The notes under the pieces were generated by a model that was given only the letters and a program-made list of their open reading frames with translations, was not told the DNA's origin and searched no databases. A program made the translations under genes and the position numbers. From the NCBI GenBank assembly GCA_964016885.1, contig OZ024743.1, positions 12,710,001 to 12,774,000 on the forward strand: a stretch of DNA of 64,000 bases, written 5' to 3'. Origin of the DNA: Eledone cirrhosa. Its lineage: Eukaryota. Shown in pieces: positions 1 to 11,711 of this stretch. Numbering within the stretch: the stretch's first letter is position 1; every line of letters starts with the position of its first letter.

Positions 1-67
<67 letters not shown>
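1..67. repeat. (GT)n microsatellite
   Basis: Pure GT dinucleotide run from the window start. Confidence 0.98.
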
Positions 68-70
<3 letters not shown>

Positions 71-316
71 TCATTTTTGCAAAGTCTATACAAATCCACA
101 TTTATACTCCGATTGACTTCAAACTTGCATTTATATATTCCTTGCGGTCTAAAGATACTAACTGCAGCTTTTATTTTCCAATTTTCTGTTGTTAAAGGGG
201 TGTTAGGCGCCGGTTATCGATCTCCGTCGAGCCCTTATAATATCTATCTGTATGTCTGGTTGTTTGCATAACGGCATTCTGACGAACACGTCATTGCTGA
301 CGTATTATCTTCGCTA

Positions 317-358
<42 letters not shown>

Positions 359-519
359 CTTATATATACATATATATATATATACACATATATACATATA
401 CACACGCATATATACACATATACATATATATATATATATACATATACCAGCACATATACACATATATATACACATATACTTATATATAAATATACACACA
501 AAAATGTATGTATATATAT

Positions 520-552
<33 letters not shown>

Positions 553-1380
553 CATACATACACACACACACACACATATATATATAATATATATATATAT
601 ATGCATACACACTCACACATATATATATTATATATATATATGTATCTGTATATATATATATACACACATGTATATACACAGATACATTGTAGGTCGCTTT
701 AACCCGTCTTTTATTATTCAAAAACTTCTTGCCAATAAACATTAACCCTTTGTGCACCATTCATCTAACTGTAGACCAACAAATACCAAGTAAACTGAGC
801 GTTGACAAGAACGATGGTGAATGAATCTTAGAGGTAAGCAGTTTCCTCCCGAGCTGTTAGTTCACGCGGGATTCTCTGCTACACCTTTTCGTAATAATAC
901 CGAACAACGTACTGCTGGTCACTCCTACCTCCAAAAGCCATACAAAGCGGACATGTGCATCGGGTGCAAATCTACACCAGGCCTACGCGAGAAATTCGCA
1001 AGGGACTGCACCGAGAGGGATAGAGAGAAAGAGTAACTTAGTGGAAAGAGTGCGAATGAACTTTTGAGGTAAGTAGCCTAGGCCTTACTGCTATGACACT
1101 GGAACTTTCAACCTTCTGCCTCCTGTGACTTTCTCTTTCACATTTACTCCAAAAGGCCAAAACAGAGGAGTATGAAAAAAAGGGGCTCAACAATATTTCT
1201 ATGAACAATGCACGTAGACAGCTAAACTGTACTTTCAACTTCTTAATTTTCTTCAAATAAAAGAAGTTTCCTGTCGGTATATTTTCGTGAGTTTTTAACA
1301 GGCACACACAAATAAACGTTTCTCATTGGTGGTGCTATTACCAATGTTCTTACCCGTGCAACGCCGGGATACACTGCTAG
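68..1380 (+). mobile_element. Non-autonomous Helitron, 3' part (5' end not located)
   Basis: Ends in CCCG-TGCAACGC-CGGG hairpin followed by ...CTGCTAG|T (1353-1381), the canonical Helitron 3' end. Shares an internal block (about 231-292) with the element at 4571-5344 (about 4810-4862). Confidence 0.65.
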
Positions 1381-1392
1381 TATAATATAATA

Positions 1393-1941
1393 TGGTTTCT
1401 GATTTAGGCATAGCGCTAGCAATTTTGGCGCAGGGGAAAGTCGATTAAATCAACCCCTATACGTGATTGGTACTTTACCACCCCCTACAGATGAAAGGCA
1501 AAGCTAACCTAGGCGGAATTTGAAATCAAAATTTAAAGGGTCATAACTCTATGCCGCAATGCATATCCAACGTTCTACCGATACTGCTAATACACCGTCC
1601 AATAATATACTATAATTGTTTTTACTTTTGGCACAAGGCCAGCAATTATCCCAATGCATTACTGGTACTTTATTTTATCGACCTCATAAGGATGAAAGGC
1701 AAAGTTAACTTTGATTTGAACTCAGACCATAAAGGGCCGTAACTCTATGCTGCAAAGCCTGGCGTCCGACCCTCTACCGATACTGCCAATCCAATCCAAT
1801 ATAATATAATATAATATGATATAATATAATATAATTGTTTCTATTTTTGGCACAAGGCCAGCAATTACTCAGTACATTACTGGTACTTTATTTTATCGAC
1901 CCCGTAAGGATGAAAGGCAAAGTTAACCTCGGCGGGATTAT
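1393..1941 (-). mobile_element. Three head-to-tail tRNA-type SINE copies (about 1393-1600, 1613-1795, partial 1833-1941)
   Basis: On the minus strand the two fuller copies carry a B-box-like (GAG)TTCAAAT motif, and all carry the conserved block GCCTTTCATCC...GGTCGATAAAATAAAGTACCAGT (degenerate in the first copy). Copies are separated by AT-rich spacers. Confidence 0.85.
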
Positions 1942-2042
1942 AATCTTTATAAGAAAACCCAACTGTCACGTGACAACCACTTTGCGCTAGATTTGCTTGT
2001 GAAATGTAATTCAATATCTTCTTTGCTCGCTTTTTCACATAC

Positions 2043-2243
2043 TCACACACACACACTCTCTTTCTCTCTCTCTCTCTCACACACACACGTCTCTTTCTAT
2101 CTCTCTCTCTCTCTCACACACACACTCTCTTTCTCACTCTCTCTCTCTCTCACACACACACTCTCTTTCTATCTCTCTCTCTCTCTCTCTCACACACACA
2201 CTCTCTTTCTATCTCTCTCTCTCACACACACACTCTCTTTCTA

Positions 2244-2309
<66 letters not shown>

Positions 2310-2320
2310 TCTCTCTCTCT
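2043..2320. repeat. Compound (CA)n/(CT)n microsatellite
   Basis: Alternating CA and CT tracts repeated with a ~35 bp period. Confidence 0.9.
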
Positions 2321-2450
2321 GTGTTGACAAGCAGGTGAGTGTGGTCAGTAGTTGCTACCTATAGCCAGTGGCGGACTGGGTCTAAACATATCGGTTGCCA
2401 GGAGATAAAGGAGGCCCACCCATATATAGAATGCTATCATTTAATTTTTA

Positions 2451-2642
2451 TAATTGTTTCTACTTTTGGCACAAGGCCAGCAATTAATCCAGTGTGCATT
2501 ACTGGTATTTTATTTTATCGACCTCGTAAGGATGAAAGGCAAAGTCAACCTCGGCGGGATTTGAACTCAGATCGTAAAGGGACGTAACTATGCTGGAAAG
2601 CATGGCGTCCGACCCTCTACCGATACTGCCAATCCACCGCCT
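2451..2642 (-). mobile_element. tRNA-type SINE nested in the hAT element
   Basis: Full copy of the SINE family seen at 1613-1795. Confidence 0.88.
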
Positions 2643-2928
2643 AATTATATTGTATATATACTGTACATATTACTGGCAGTATACAGTAATAGTAAATGTT
2701 GATACAGAATGTTATAATTGAATTTTTACATTATTGTGAATGTATAGTATACTGCTATTTAGAGTAGAGTATGCAAGTGATCGTTCTTAAGTTCTCCAAT
2801 AAGAGACTTTCAATAATGACCTTTGGTCTTTCACACTCACTCAATATATATATCTGGGAGTGTGTGTATATGTATATATAGATTTATATATATGTATACA
2901 TACATGTTTTCAACTTGTATAAACATTA

Positions 2929-3095
2929 TTGGCAGTATCGGTAGAGGGTCGGACATGCTTTCCAGCATAGTTACGTCCCTTTACGATCTGAGTTCAAATC
3001 CCGCCGAGGTTAACTTTGCCTTTCATCCTTACGAGGTCGATAAAATAAAGTACCAGTAATGTACTGGCTTTTGTGCCAAAAGTAGAAACAATTAA
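2929..3095 (+). mobile_element. tRNA-type SINE, inverted relative to the 2451-2642 copy
   Basis: TGGCAGTATCGGTAGAG...GAGTTCAAATCCCGCCGAGGTTAACTTTGCCTTTCATCC...GTCGATAAAATAAAGTACCAG on the plus strand. Confidence 0.88.
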
Positions 3096-3602
3096 TTAGC
3101 GACTCATTCTCCCTAGGGACTTTAGACTGAAGAACTGATCACTAATTGATTTTACATATGTCTTTAACCCATAGATATAAAACATTATTTGGCCAGCAGC
3201 TCGTGTGTATGTGTAAGTATATATATATATATACGTGTATGTATAAGTATATATATATATATATATATATGTGTGCGAGTGTGTGTGTATCCATGTATGT
3301 ATGAAATACAGGAAGCCAGTGATTATCACTATCATATATTTTGGTTTCTATTAATTCCCTTGTTTAACCAAATACTTTACTTATTTATTTATTTATTTCT
3401 AAAAAATGTTTATTCTTTCTCTAAGACAATTTAAAAAGGATATTTTTTTAAAGCAAATCATTGGCCCTTAAGATACTACAGTGGGCTTCTGCAATGCTAC
3501 CGTGGGGCCCCTGGGGCCCACTTGCCATTGGGCAACCTGGCAACCTGGCCAGTCCGCCACTGCCTATAGCTCTATCTATTTATCTTCCGACAAGAACAAC
3601 AA

Positions 3603-4484
<882 letters not shown>

Positions 4485-4570
4485 GGATTTGAACTTAGAC
4501 CATAAAGGGCCATAACTCTTTGCTGCATGGCGTCAGACCCTCTACCGATACTGCCAATCCACCAATGTAA

Positions 4571-5344
4571 TCTATATATCTAAAACAGAGAATGTCTGTC
4601 TGTCTGTCTGTCTGACTCCTTAAAACTCGAGAACCACTCAACCAATATTTTTCAAACTTTACACATGTAATACTTATGGTCGTGTGAGTATTTTGAGCAA
4701 AGAATATTTCAAATTTTCCATGCTCTACGGACCGCATTAGGCGATTTAGTGATCTCTCTCTGTCTTTCTTAGTCTGTCTTTTTAGATAGATACATAGTTA
4801 TAATGTCGCGCCCTTATAATATCTGTCTGTATGTCTGGCTGTCTGCATTACGACATTATGACACTATCTCTGTGTGTGTGTATGTATATATATATATAGT
4901 GTGTGTATATATATAGTGTGTAACGTTTTTCGAAATATTTACTTCTGCGTTCACAGATTGATTTTTTTTAGTTTCAGAAGATCCCGTTAAGGGTGAAAGC
5001 AGCGATTCTTCGCTTAAACTTTGATCTGTTATTTTAATATATATATATAATTATATATTCGTGTACAGATATTTTTGCATACACAATAACAAAATATAAA
5101 CAAACGTATTTATTTCACGAGGCTCGACAACAGCAAAAACAACAAAAAAAAGAGAGGGAACGCAATTACATGCTTTTGAAAAATCTTAATGGAAAATTAT
5201 TTGCCTATTCATCCAAGGCGACTTCACTTTTTATTAGGACTTCTGCATCAATTGGTGAACATACGACGAAACTGTTTCAGAAAGGAGGGATAAACATGCC
5301 AATCTATGTTTAGAATCCTGAGCAACGCCGGGCCATTCTGCTAG
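4571..5344 (+). mobile_element. Complete non-autonomous Helitron
   Basis: Starts A|TCTATATATC followed by (GTCT)n, ends with CCTGAGCAACGCCGGG hairpin and CTGCTAG|T. Inserted between A and T without TSD. Confidence 0.8.
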
Positions 5345-6096
5345 TGTAATATAAAATACACATTATGACACATAGAAACATTAAAGGAATACGGAAGAAA
5401 ATAATTTTAATGTATCTAAATGAATGTAAAATTAAATACGGTGATGGCTGAAGGAGAAGGTCAAGGAAAATTGAGTATTCAGGCATCTTACATAGATATT
5501 GTAATTAAGGAAGTATTAAACATTTTCAGCTATAAACCCTGTCATCTTTGGCGAGTATTATGCTATTATAACATAATATAATATAATATAATATAATATA
5601 AATGATATTAAATAAACATTATGATATATAGAAACATAATGTAATTATACAGTGTAATGTTAATGACAAAGAGGAGAAACCCTGCGAAATATGAAATAAT
5701 TGAAGATTTATGACATAGAGGCGATCATAAACATATGTAGAATTGTAGACGTACATAAATAGGTAAGGTTCATACAAGGATGTATATGTACATATAATGA
5801 ATAGTCTGCTACACACACATACACACTCTCTCTCACACACACATATATCTATGTATAAAGCAGAGGCAAACATATAATGCAAATATATTTAGCCAAATTT
5901 ACTAATATATGTGCTGACATATAAACTCCTTCTAATGGTATAAATATACCTGTGTCACTCTATATACTATATATACATATATATATGTATAAATATTTCG
6001 TATCTCCAAAGAAATACGGTTTTAGGAAGCCGTAGCTATGCAAACACCGTGGGGGCTAATGCCCTCTGGTGATGTCCAGCAGAAGCAAGGGGGACA

Positions 6097-6140
6097 ACCG
6101 TCTATGCATTTCAGGCTTAACTGGCCTTCGCCAGGACGGT
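6097..6140 (-). ncRNA. Minimal type I hammerhead ribozyme motif (core variant CUGGCGA)
   Basis: Minus strand reads ACCGTC-CTGGCGA-AGGC-cagttaa-GCCT-GAA-ATGCAT-A-GACGGT: stem I, core, stem II, palindromic stem III, AUA cleavage triplet. Confidence 0.78.
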
Positions 6141-6330
6141 CCCTCCCACCGCTTGCGACTGCTGGACTAGAAGACAGGCGAGAATATATACTTTTCTCGT
6201 CCGTGTAAATGAGGTGATTAATCTCATTTGCATATGAAGCTGTATAAGTTGGCTCAACTTATAATAAAAAAGAAATAGGATTTCGCTTCAAGCATAGCTT
6301 TATACAATATGTATAAATATTTCGTATCTC

Positions 6331-6368
6331 CTGACGAAGGCCAGTTAAGTCTGAAATGCATAGACGGT
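6331..6368 (+). ncRNA. Minimal hammerhead motif with intact core but missing 5' strand of stem I
   Basis: CTGACGA-AGGC-cagttaa-GTCT-GAA-ATGCAT-A-GACGGT. The inversion breakpoint lies immediately 5' of the core. Confidence 0.7.
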
Positions 6369-6740
6369 TGTCCCCCTTGCTTCTGCTGGACATCACCAGA
6401 GGGCGTTAGCATAGCTACTTCCTAAAACCGTATTTCTTTGGAGATACGAAATATTCATACATATTGTATAAAGCTATGCTTGAAGCGAAATCCTATTTCT
6501 TTTTTTTTAATTATAGGTTGAGCCAACATATGCAGCTTCATATGCAAATGAATTACGCCGTACAGTGTTTAGGCAAAAACGTCACCTTTTTGTTCAACAC
6601 TGACACAGGAACGATGTACTAGTTTCAAGCTTATTAGCTATCGTATGTATACATATATGTATGTACGTATACATACATACTTACATTTAAGTATGTGCCG
6701 TACTAAGAGTGAGAAATGAAATTTCGTTTTATTTTATTCA

Positions 6741-6781
<41 letters not shown>

Positions 6782-6841
6782 TATAAATTTAATGACCAAC
6801 TATGGACCAGAGCAGATAGAGATAGCAATTTTGACATTACT

Positions 6842-8098
6842 ATGGGATCATCCGACTCAGCTCAGGTAACGGACCTTGTGGGCTTATTTTTAATCAATTC
6901 GCTACATAGGAAAATACCTGGTACTACCGGAGGTTTATATAGAGATGACATGCTTTTACTTATTGATAATAATAACTCTGAACTAAATAGAAAACGTAAA
7001 CAAATTACACAATTTTTTAATTACTTTAATCTTAAAATAGAAATTGAGAACAACCATAGAATAGTCAATTTCCTAGATATAACATTAAATCTCAACACAT
7101 GTCTTCACTATCCTTTTCACAAGTTGAATGAAAACTTAAACTATGTCAGCTTTAACTCTAACCACCCCAGATCTGTCAAAAACACTATAGTAAACTCTGT
7201 TCAAAAACGTATCTCTAGAATCTCGTCTAATAGAAAGATTTTCGACGAAAAAGCCCAGTACTACAATGAAGCGTTAGCTAGAGCAGGATATACTGATAAG
7301 ATTATGTACATAGATAATGATAGACAAACTAAACAAAATAACAACTATTTTAATTACGGCAACAACCTTAACAACTATAATAGAAAGCATTACAATAATT
7401 CCAAGGGTCAAAAAAGAAATAGAACTAGGAACATAATTTGGTTTGCCCCCCCTTTCTCACTAAACATTAAAACCCACATCGCTAAACTATTTTTTAAAGC
7501 TCTTGATAATCGCTTCCCTAGAACACATAGGTATCACTCAATTTTCAATAGACATACTATAAAATTAACCTACTCATCCACCAAAAATTTAGCACAAAAT
7601 ATTAATAGAATAAATAATAGGAACTTAAAACCTAGTGATAATAGCATAAATAATATACAAGTTAACAAATGTAACTGTAGAGATAGATCTAAATGTCCGT
7701 TAAATAACAACTGCTTAGTTAAAAATATAGTATACAATTGTAATGTTAAAACTGATTCTAATTCTTTTAACTACGTCGGTTCCACATCGACGGAATTTAA
7801 ACTTCGCTATAATAACCACAAGAATTCTTTCATAGATCCAAGCAAAAAATCTTCAACGGCACTATCAGGCGTACTCTGGCAACTTAAGCTAGATAACGTT
7901 AGATATTCGACGGCTTGGAATATAGTCTCAAGAGGAATTCCTTTTAATTCATCCTCTGAGACATGTGACCTCTGCGCAGAGGAGATATTCTTTATACTAA
8001 AATCTAAAAATTCCCTTAATCTACGGACAAATTTATTCAGTTGCTGCAAACATAGATTAAACTCAACTTATAAATATAAATTTAAATTTAAAATGTAG
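6842..8098 (+). CDS. 5'-truncated Penelope-like element ORF: RT C-terminal half, thumb and GIY-YIG endonuclease
   Basis: MGSSDSAQVTDLVGLF, GLYRDD, NFLDITLNL, SNHP, IIWFAPPFS, Cys motif CNCRDRSKCPLNNNC, IVYNC...YVGSTSTEFKLRYNNH, CDLC. Homology starts slightly upstream of the first Met (FDIT) after a (TA)n tract. Confidence 0.93.
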   Translation: MGSSDSAQVTDLVGLFLINSLHRKIPGTTGGLYRDDMLLLIDNNNSELNRKRKQITQFFNYFNLKIEIENNHRIVNFLDITLNLNTCLHYPFHKLNENLNYVSFNSNHPRSVKNTIVNSVQKRISRISSNRKIFDEKAQYYNEALARAGYTDKIMYIDNDRQTKQNNNYFNYGNNLNNYNRKHYNNSKGQKRNRTRNIIWFAPPFSLNIKTHIAKLFFKALDNRFPRTHRYHSIFNRHTIKLTYSSTKNLAQNINRINNRNLKPSDNSINNIQVNKCNCRDRSKCPLNNNCLVKNIVYNCNVKTDSNSFNYVGSTSTEFKLRYNNHKNSFIDPSKKSSTALSGVLWQLKLDNVRYSTAWNIVSRGIPFNSSSETCDLCAEEIFFILKSKNSLNLRTNLFSCCKHRLNSTYKYKFKFKM

Positions 8099-9401
8099 TA
8101 TATTTAGTTTGATTTATAAGTATTTGGGAAACTAGCCGATAAATCTTTCGATTTCTTCTTTTTATTCTTCTTTTTATTTTTATTTTTATTTAAACATTCT
8201 TCATGGAAAATTAAACTACCCTAAAAGTTGATGCTCGAAATATTTCGAATAAACGTTACACTAGATAAACTTCTATATTAAATATAAGAACACATGTAGA
8301 CCAAATGGGCATCCTAAACTTTTTGAAATGATTTTTGCTAGATGCGATCTGATAAATAATTTTTAGCTTTATCTGTTTTCGACTCTGATGCTTATAATGA
8401 ACTTGGCAATATATTGTCAATTAATTTTGAAGGGTTGATCTTTGTGGTTTATTTTTATTATTGTAGTATTTTCTAATATTTTTATTTTTAATATGTAATA
8501 TTTTTAATATGTAATATTTTTTCGTAATATTTTTTAGTTTTCTATTTTATTATTATTTATTTATTATTATTATTATTATTATTGTTGTTTTTTGGTTTTT
8601 GTTTCTGATATATTTTTTATTAATATATTGAAATCTGCTCTCTATTTCTGCTTGATAGATAATCTTGTAGAGTAAAGACAAGAATAGTAGTAATATAGAC
8701 TCTATATATATATGTGTATATATATACACATATGTGTATACTTAAATTTTTATAGCATCATGTAAATTCACATCGATGTTTGTAGTTATCATATAAACAT
8801 ATGAATTTTTTAAAACTAAACATAAGATCATTACTTTTCACACATTATGGATACGTGTCTCATTCAGGAATACTGATATTTTCAATATAGTGCCTGGTTT
8901 TTATACATATTTTTTATACATATTAATACTTCTACATTAAAACATAGGGTTTTTATGCCTCGCCTATGTCTGGTTACTTTTCATTTTTCTCTCTATATAA
9001 CTGCTGGTTTCTCTCCTAACCACATATATCTCCCTTACATTAATACTAGAGCTAAATAAATAAATAAATAAATAAATGTATCATTGATACGTTTACTCAA
9101 CGGATGTCCAACTACATATTTTCTATATATATTTCTATCTCTATCTATTTCCTCTCTCTATATATATCTCTCTCTGTTTCTTTACATGAAGTTCTTCTCT
9201 TTATCTATCTTTCCATCTCTCTATTTTGTTCCATGCATTTCTTCTTTTTCTTCTTTTTCTTCGTTTTCTGTCTTTCTTTCTTTTTTTTCTCTCTTTCTTT
9301 CTTTCTGTTTACAATTTTTTCACTGCCAATTCAACTTTTCAAATACAAGTCGATGTTGTACGGTATGTCAAATCTATTTATCTATAAAACTGTTTATATT
9401 G

Positions 9402-9467
9402 TATTTTGTCTGAGGAAGGCATAGCATATTGTTAATATGATATCCCTGAAATATATATAACGAAATA
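9402..9467 (+). ncRNA. Type I hammerhead ribozyme at the probable 3' end (pLTR) of the Penelope element
   Basis: TATTTTGT-CTGAGGA-[AGGcATAgCATATT-gtt-AATATGaTATcCCT]-GAA-ATATATAT-A-ACGAAATA: 8-bp stem I with one G-U pair, intact core, long stem II, palindromic stem III. Confidence 0.8.
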
Positions 9468-9507
9468 AATATGGTTTTATAAATATAGTTTCCATTTATT
9501 TAATATC

Positions 9508-9541
<34 letters not shown>

Positions 9542-9542
9542 T

Positions 9543-9935
9543 TAGGATTTAGCTTCAGGCATAGCTATATACAGCTATGTATAGAAATTTCGTATTTCTA
9601 AAGAAACACAGTATGTTTACAGGTAACATTTAGGAAGTCGTAGCTATACATAAATCCACCGGGGATAACGCCCTCTGGTGGTTTTCAGCAGAAGCAAAGG
9701 GGACAATCGCCGATGCATTTCAGACTTGACTGGTCTTCATTACAACGATCCCTCCCACGCTTGCGACTGCTGGACTTGAAAACAGTTGAGAATATATAGT
9801 TTTCTCGTCTGTGTAAATGAGGTGATTAATCTCATTTGTATATGAAGCTGCATAAGTTGGCTCCACTTATAATAGAATAGAATTAGGATTTAGCTTCAGG
9901 CATAGCTGTATACGGATATGTATAAAAATTTCGTA
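9543..9935. repeat. Diverged, terminally redundant copy of the hammerhead repeat (~341 bp period)
   Basis: TAGGATTTAGCTTCAGGCATAGCT...TTTCGTAT appears at both ends. The body is homologous to 5987-6330. A degenerate hammerhead lies on the minus strand at 9706-9749. Confidence 0.85.
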
Positions 9936-10340
9936 TATAGACACACACACACAGGCATCTCCATGCCAACACATACATCTTTTATGGAACATGAAACTAC
10001 ACAGGAATCCAACTGTATATAATGTTATGTGGATTTATATCGTAATTTGTTCATTTCTCTCTATATATATATAATTCATCCACACCTTGAATTAACCATT
10101 AAACTGATTCCATATTTGTAATTATTCCTTTTAGACCCCTCTCCCCACCCTCCTGGTTTACACCTATATTTGTATCTTCTCATTCCTATCCCTTCATAAT
10201 TATATTCATATTTTTCTCTCTTGATTATTTTTTAGCTTATATATCTTCTTTCGTTCCCCCATCTTCTTCAACTAATCCTGAAGTTCTACATATGCGACAT
10301 TTCTAAACTTTAGCTTAGATATTTCAACCTAACCCAGTTT

Positions 10341-10342
<2 letters not shown>

Positions 10343-10426
<84 letters not shown>
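10343..10426. repeat. (ACT)n microsatellite
   Basis: Pure trinucleotide run. Confidence 0.97.
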
Positions 10427-10489
10427 TCAAGAAACGGCGGGAGGCGGACACGAATTGGCTTTCCACTATGTATGTATGTATGTATGTTA

Positions 10490-11225
10490 TGTCGGGTCAC
10501 TCTTGAGTGCTTAACCTGTCGCATGGTCGGGTCGTAGGCGACTAAACTGGCAACACCACCAAGTTTACTTGGTGAGGAGGGTGATTTTGGTCACCCTGCA
10601 GGACAAAAAACAAAACCTGATAAAGGGCGGAAGAACTCACAAGAGTTAACGGCCATCCAAAAATGTGTAAATATGTATATACACATGTACAAATGTGTAA
10701 ATATGTATATATACATGTACATGTATGTGTATGTATATGCGCGGGGACATAGAAATAGTCGGGCTGGATATCCGATCGCGCGGTTAAACCACTGGGAGTG
10801 AAGGACCCCTAGCCTTTGTCAGGGCATTCTTCTAGGAGAAGGCAACTCAGGAAACTGGGATAACTCCGACATAAAACCTGCGGCTTAGTAGTTACCGATG
10901 ATGTTGATCTTTTCTTCTTTTCGGGTTACAGCTACTGCCGCTCAGAGAGTGGGATTGACTCAGTGCACAGTCTTTCCTCACTTTAAAAAAGCTTCGCGTA
11001 CAGACATTGTACGATAGCATTAATTGAAAATTATTAATAATTGTTTCTACTTATGGCACAAGGCCAGCAATTACCCAGTGCATTACTGGTGCTTTATTTT
11101 ATCGACCCCGTAAGGATGATAAAATAAAGTACCAGTAATGTATTAACATTATTAATAATGTTATATCGTGCAATGGCCATATTCGATAACGAGGGGGCAG
11201 CCATCATCATGTATGTATGTATGCA
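10490..11225 (+). mobile_element. Non-autonomous RTE-derived element (5' UTR-like part plus 3' tail), interrupted by a SINE fragment
   Basis: 5' part is homologous to 19457-19860. The 3' tail TCGTGCAATGGCCATATTCGATAACGAGGGGGCAGCCATC matches the RTE LINE 3' end at about 56838-56877. Flanked by (TATG)n. Confidence 0.75.
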
Positions 11226-11408
11226 TGTCGTCACATGGTACCATGGACCCAGCACTATGTGTCAATAATTGTCACAAGTGTAGTGTTGTAACAGAGTTTT
11301 CAAGTCGCTGGCTGGACTAAAAAGTCACACTCGTTCAGCGCATCGGTAGGGGTTCTCCTACTTGTATATAAAGTAGTGGCCGTACTCGAAAACGAGTTGG
11401 CAGCCACC

Positions 11409-11441
<33 letters not shown>

Positions 11442-11711
11442 TGTATGTATGTATGTATGTATGTATGTATGTATGTATGTATGTATGGGAGAGATGACCC
11501 CCTAGCCTTTGTCAAGGCAGAATTCTAGGAGAAGGAAAACTCTGATATAACACCTGCAACCCTGATGGTATCCAATGATGTTGACTTGTTCTTCTTTTTG
11601 GTAAATATCATCTTGGTTAAGAGAGTGGGACTGGCTTTGTGCAGTGCCTTTGCTCACTATAAAAGCTTCACGGCACAGGCATTGCTTTATATCTGGAGAT
11701 CTCTCTGCACA
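11226..11711 (+). mobile_element. Circularly permuted copy of the non-autonomous RTE derivative
   Basis: 11226-11410 matches 19885-20070 and 11487-11710 matches 19660-19883, with the order swapped around a (TATG)n tract. Confidence 0.8.

Larger units (their letters stand above)
2366..3562. mobile_element. Non-autonomous hAT-type DNA transposon
   Basis: Perfect 14-bp TIRs CAGTGGCGGACTGG (2366-2379) and CCAGTCCGCCACTG (3549-3562), with an exact 8-bp TSD CCTATAGC (2358-2365, 3563-3570). 8-bp TSDs with CAG termini are typical of hAT. Confidence 0.88.
5987..6552. repeat. ~324 bp hammerhead-containing repeat (retrozyme-like or Penelope pLTR-like) plus an inverted partial copy
   Basis: GTATAAATATTTCGTATCTC recurs at 5987 and 6311. 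From 6331 the sequence is the reverse complement of the same unit and runs through the unit junction. A third copy lies at about 9543-9935. Confidence 0.85.

Noticed and set aside
1-760. ORFs rich in CV/YI/HT repeats, also at 51.5-54.1 kb and 56.6-57.5 kb
   Set aside because: They are translations of dinucleotide and tetranucleotide microsatellites.
2929-3010. tRNA gene suggested by the GTTCAAATCC motif
   Set aside because: It is the head of a multicopy SINE and does not fold into a cloverleaf.
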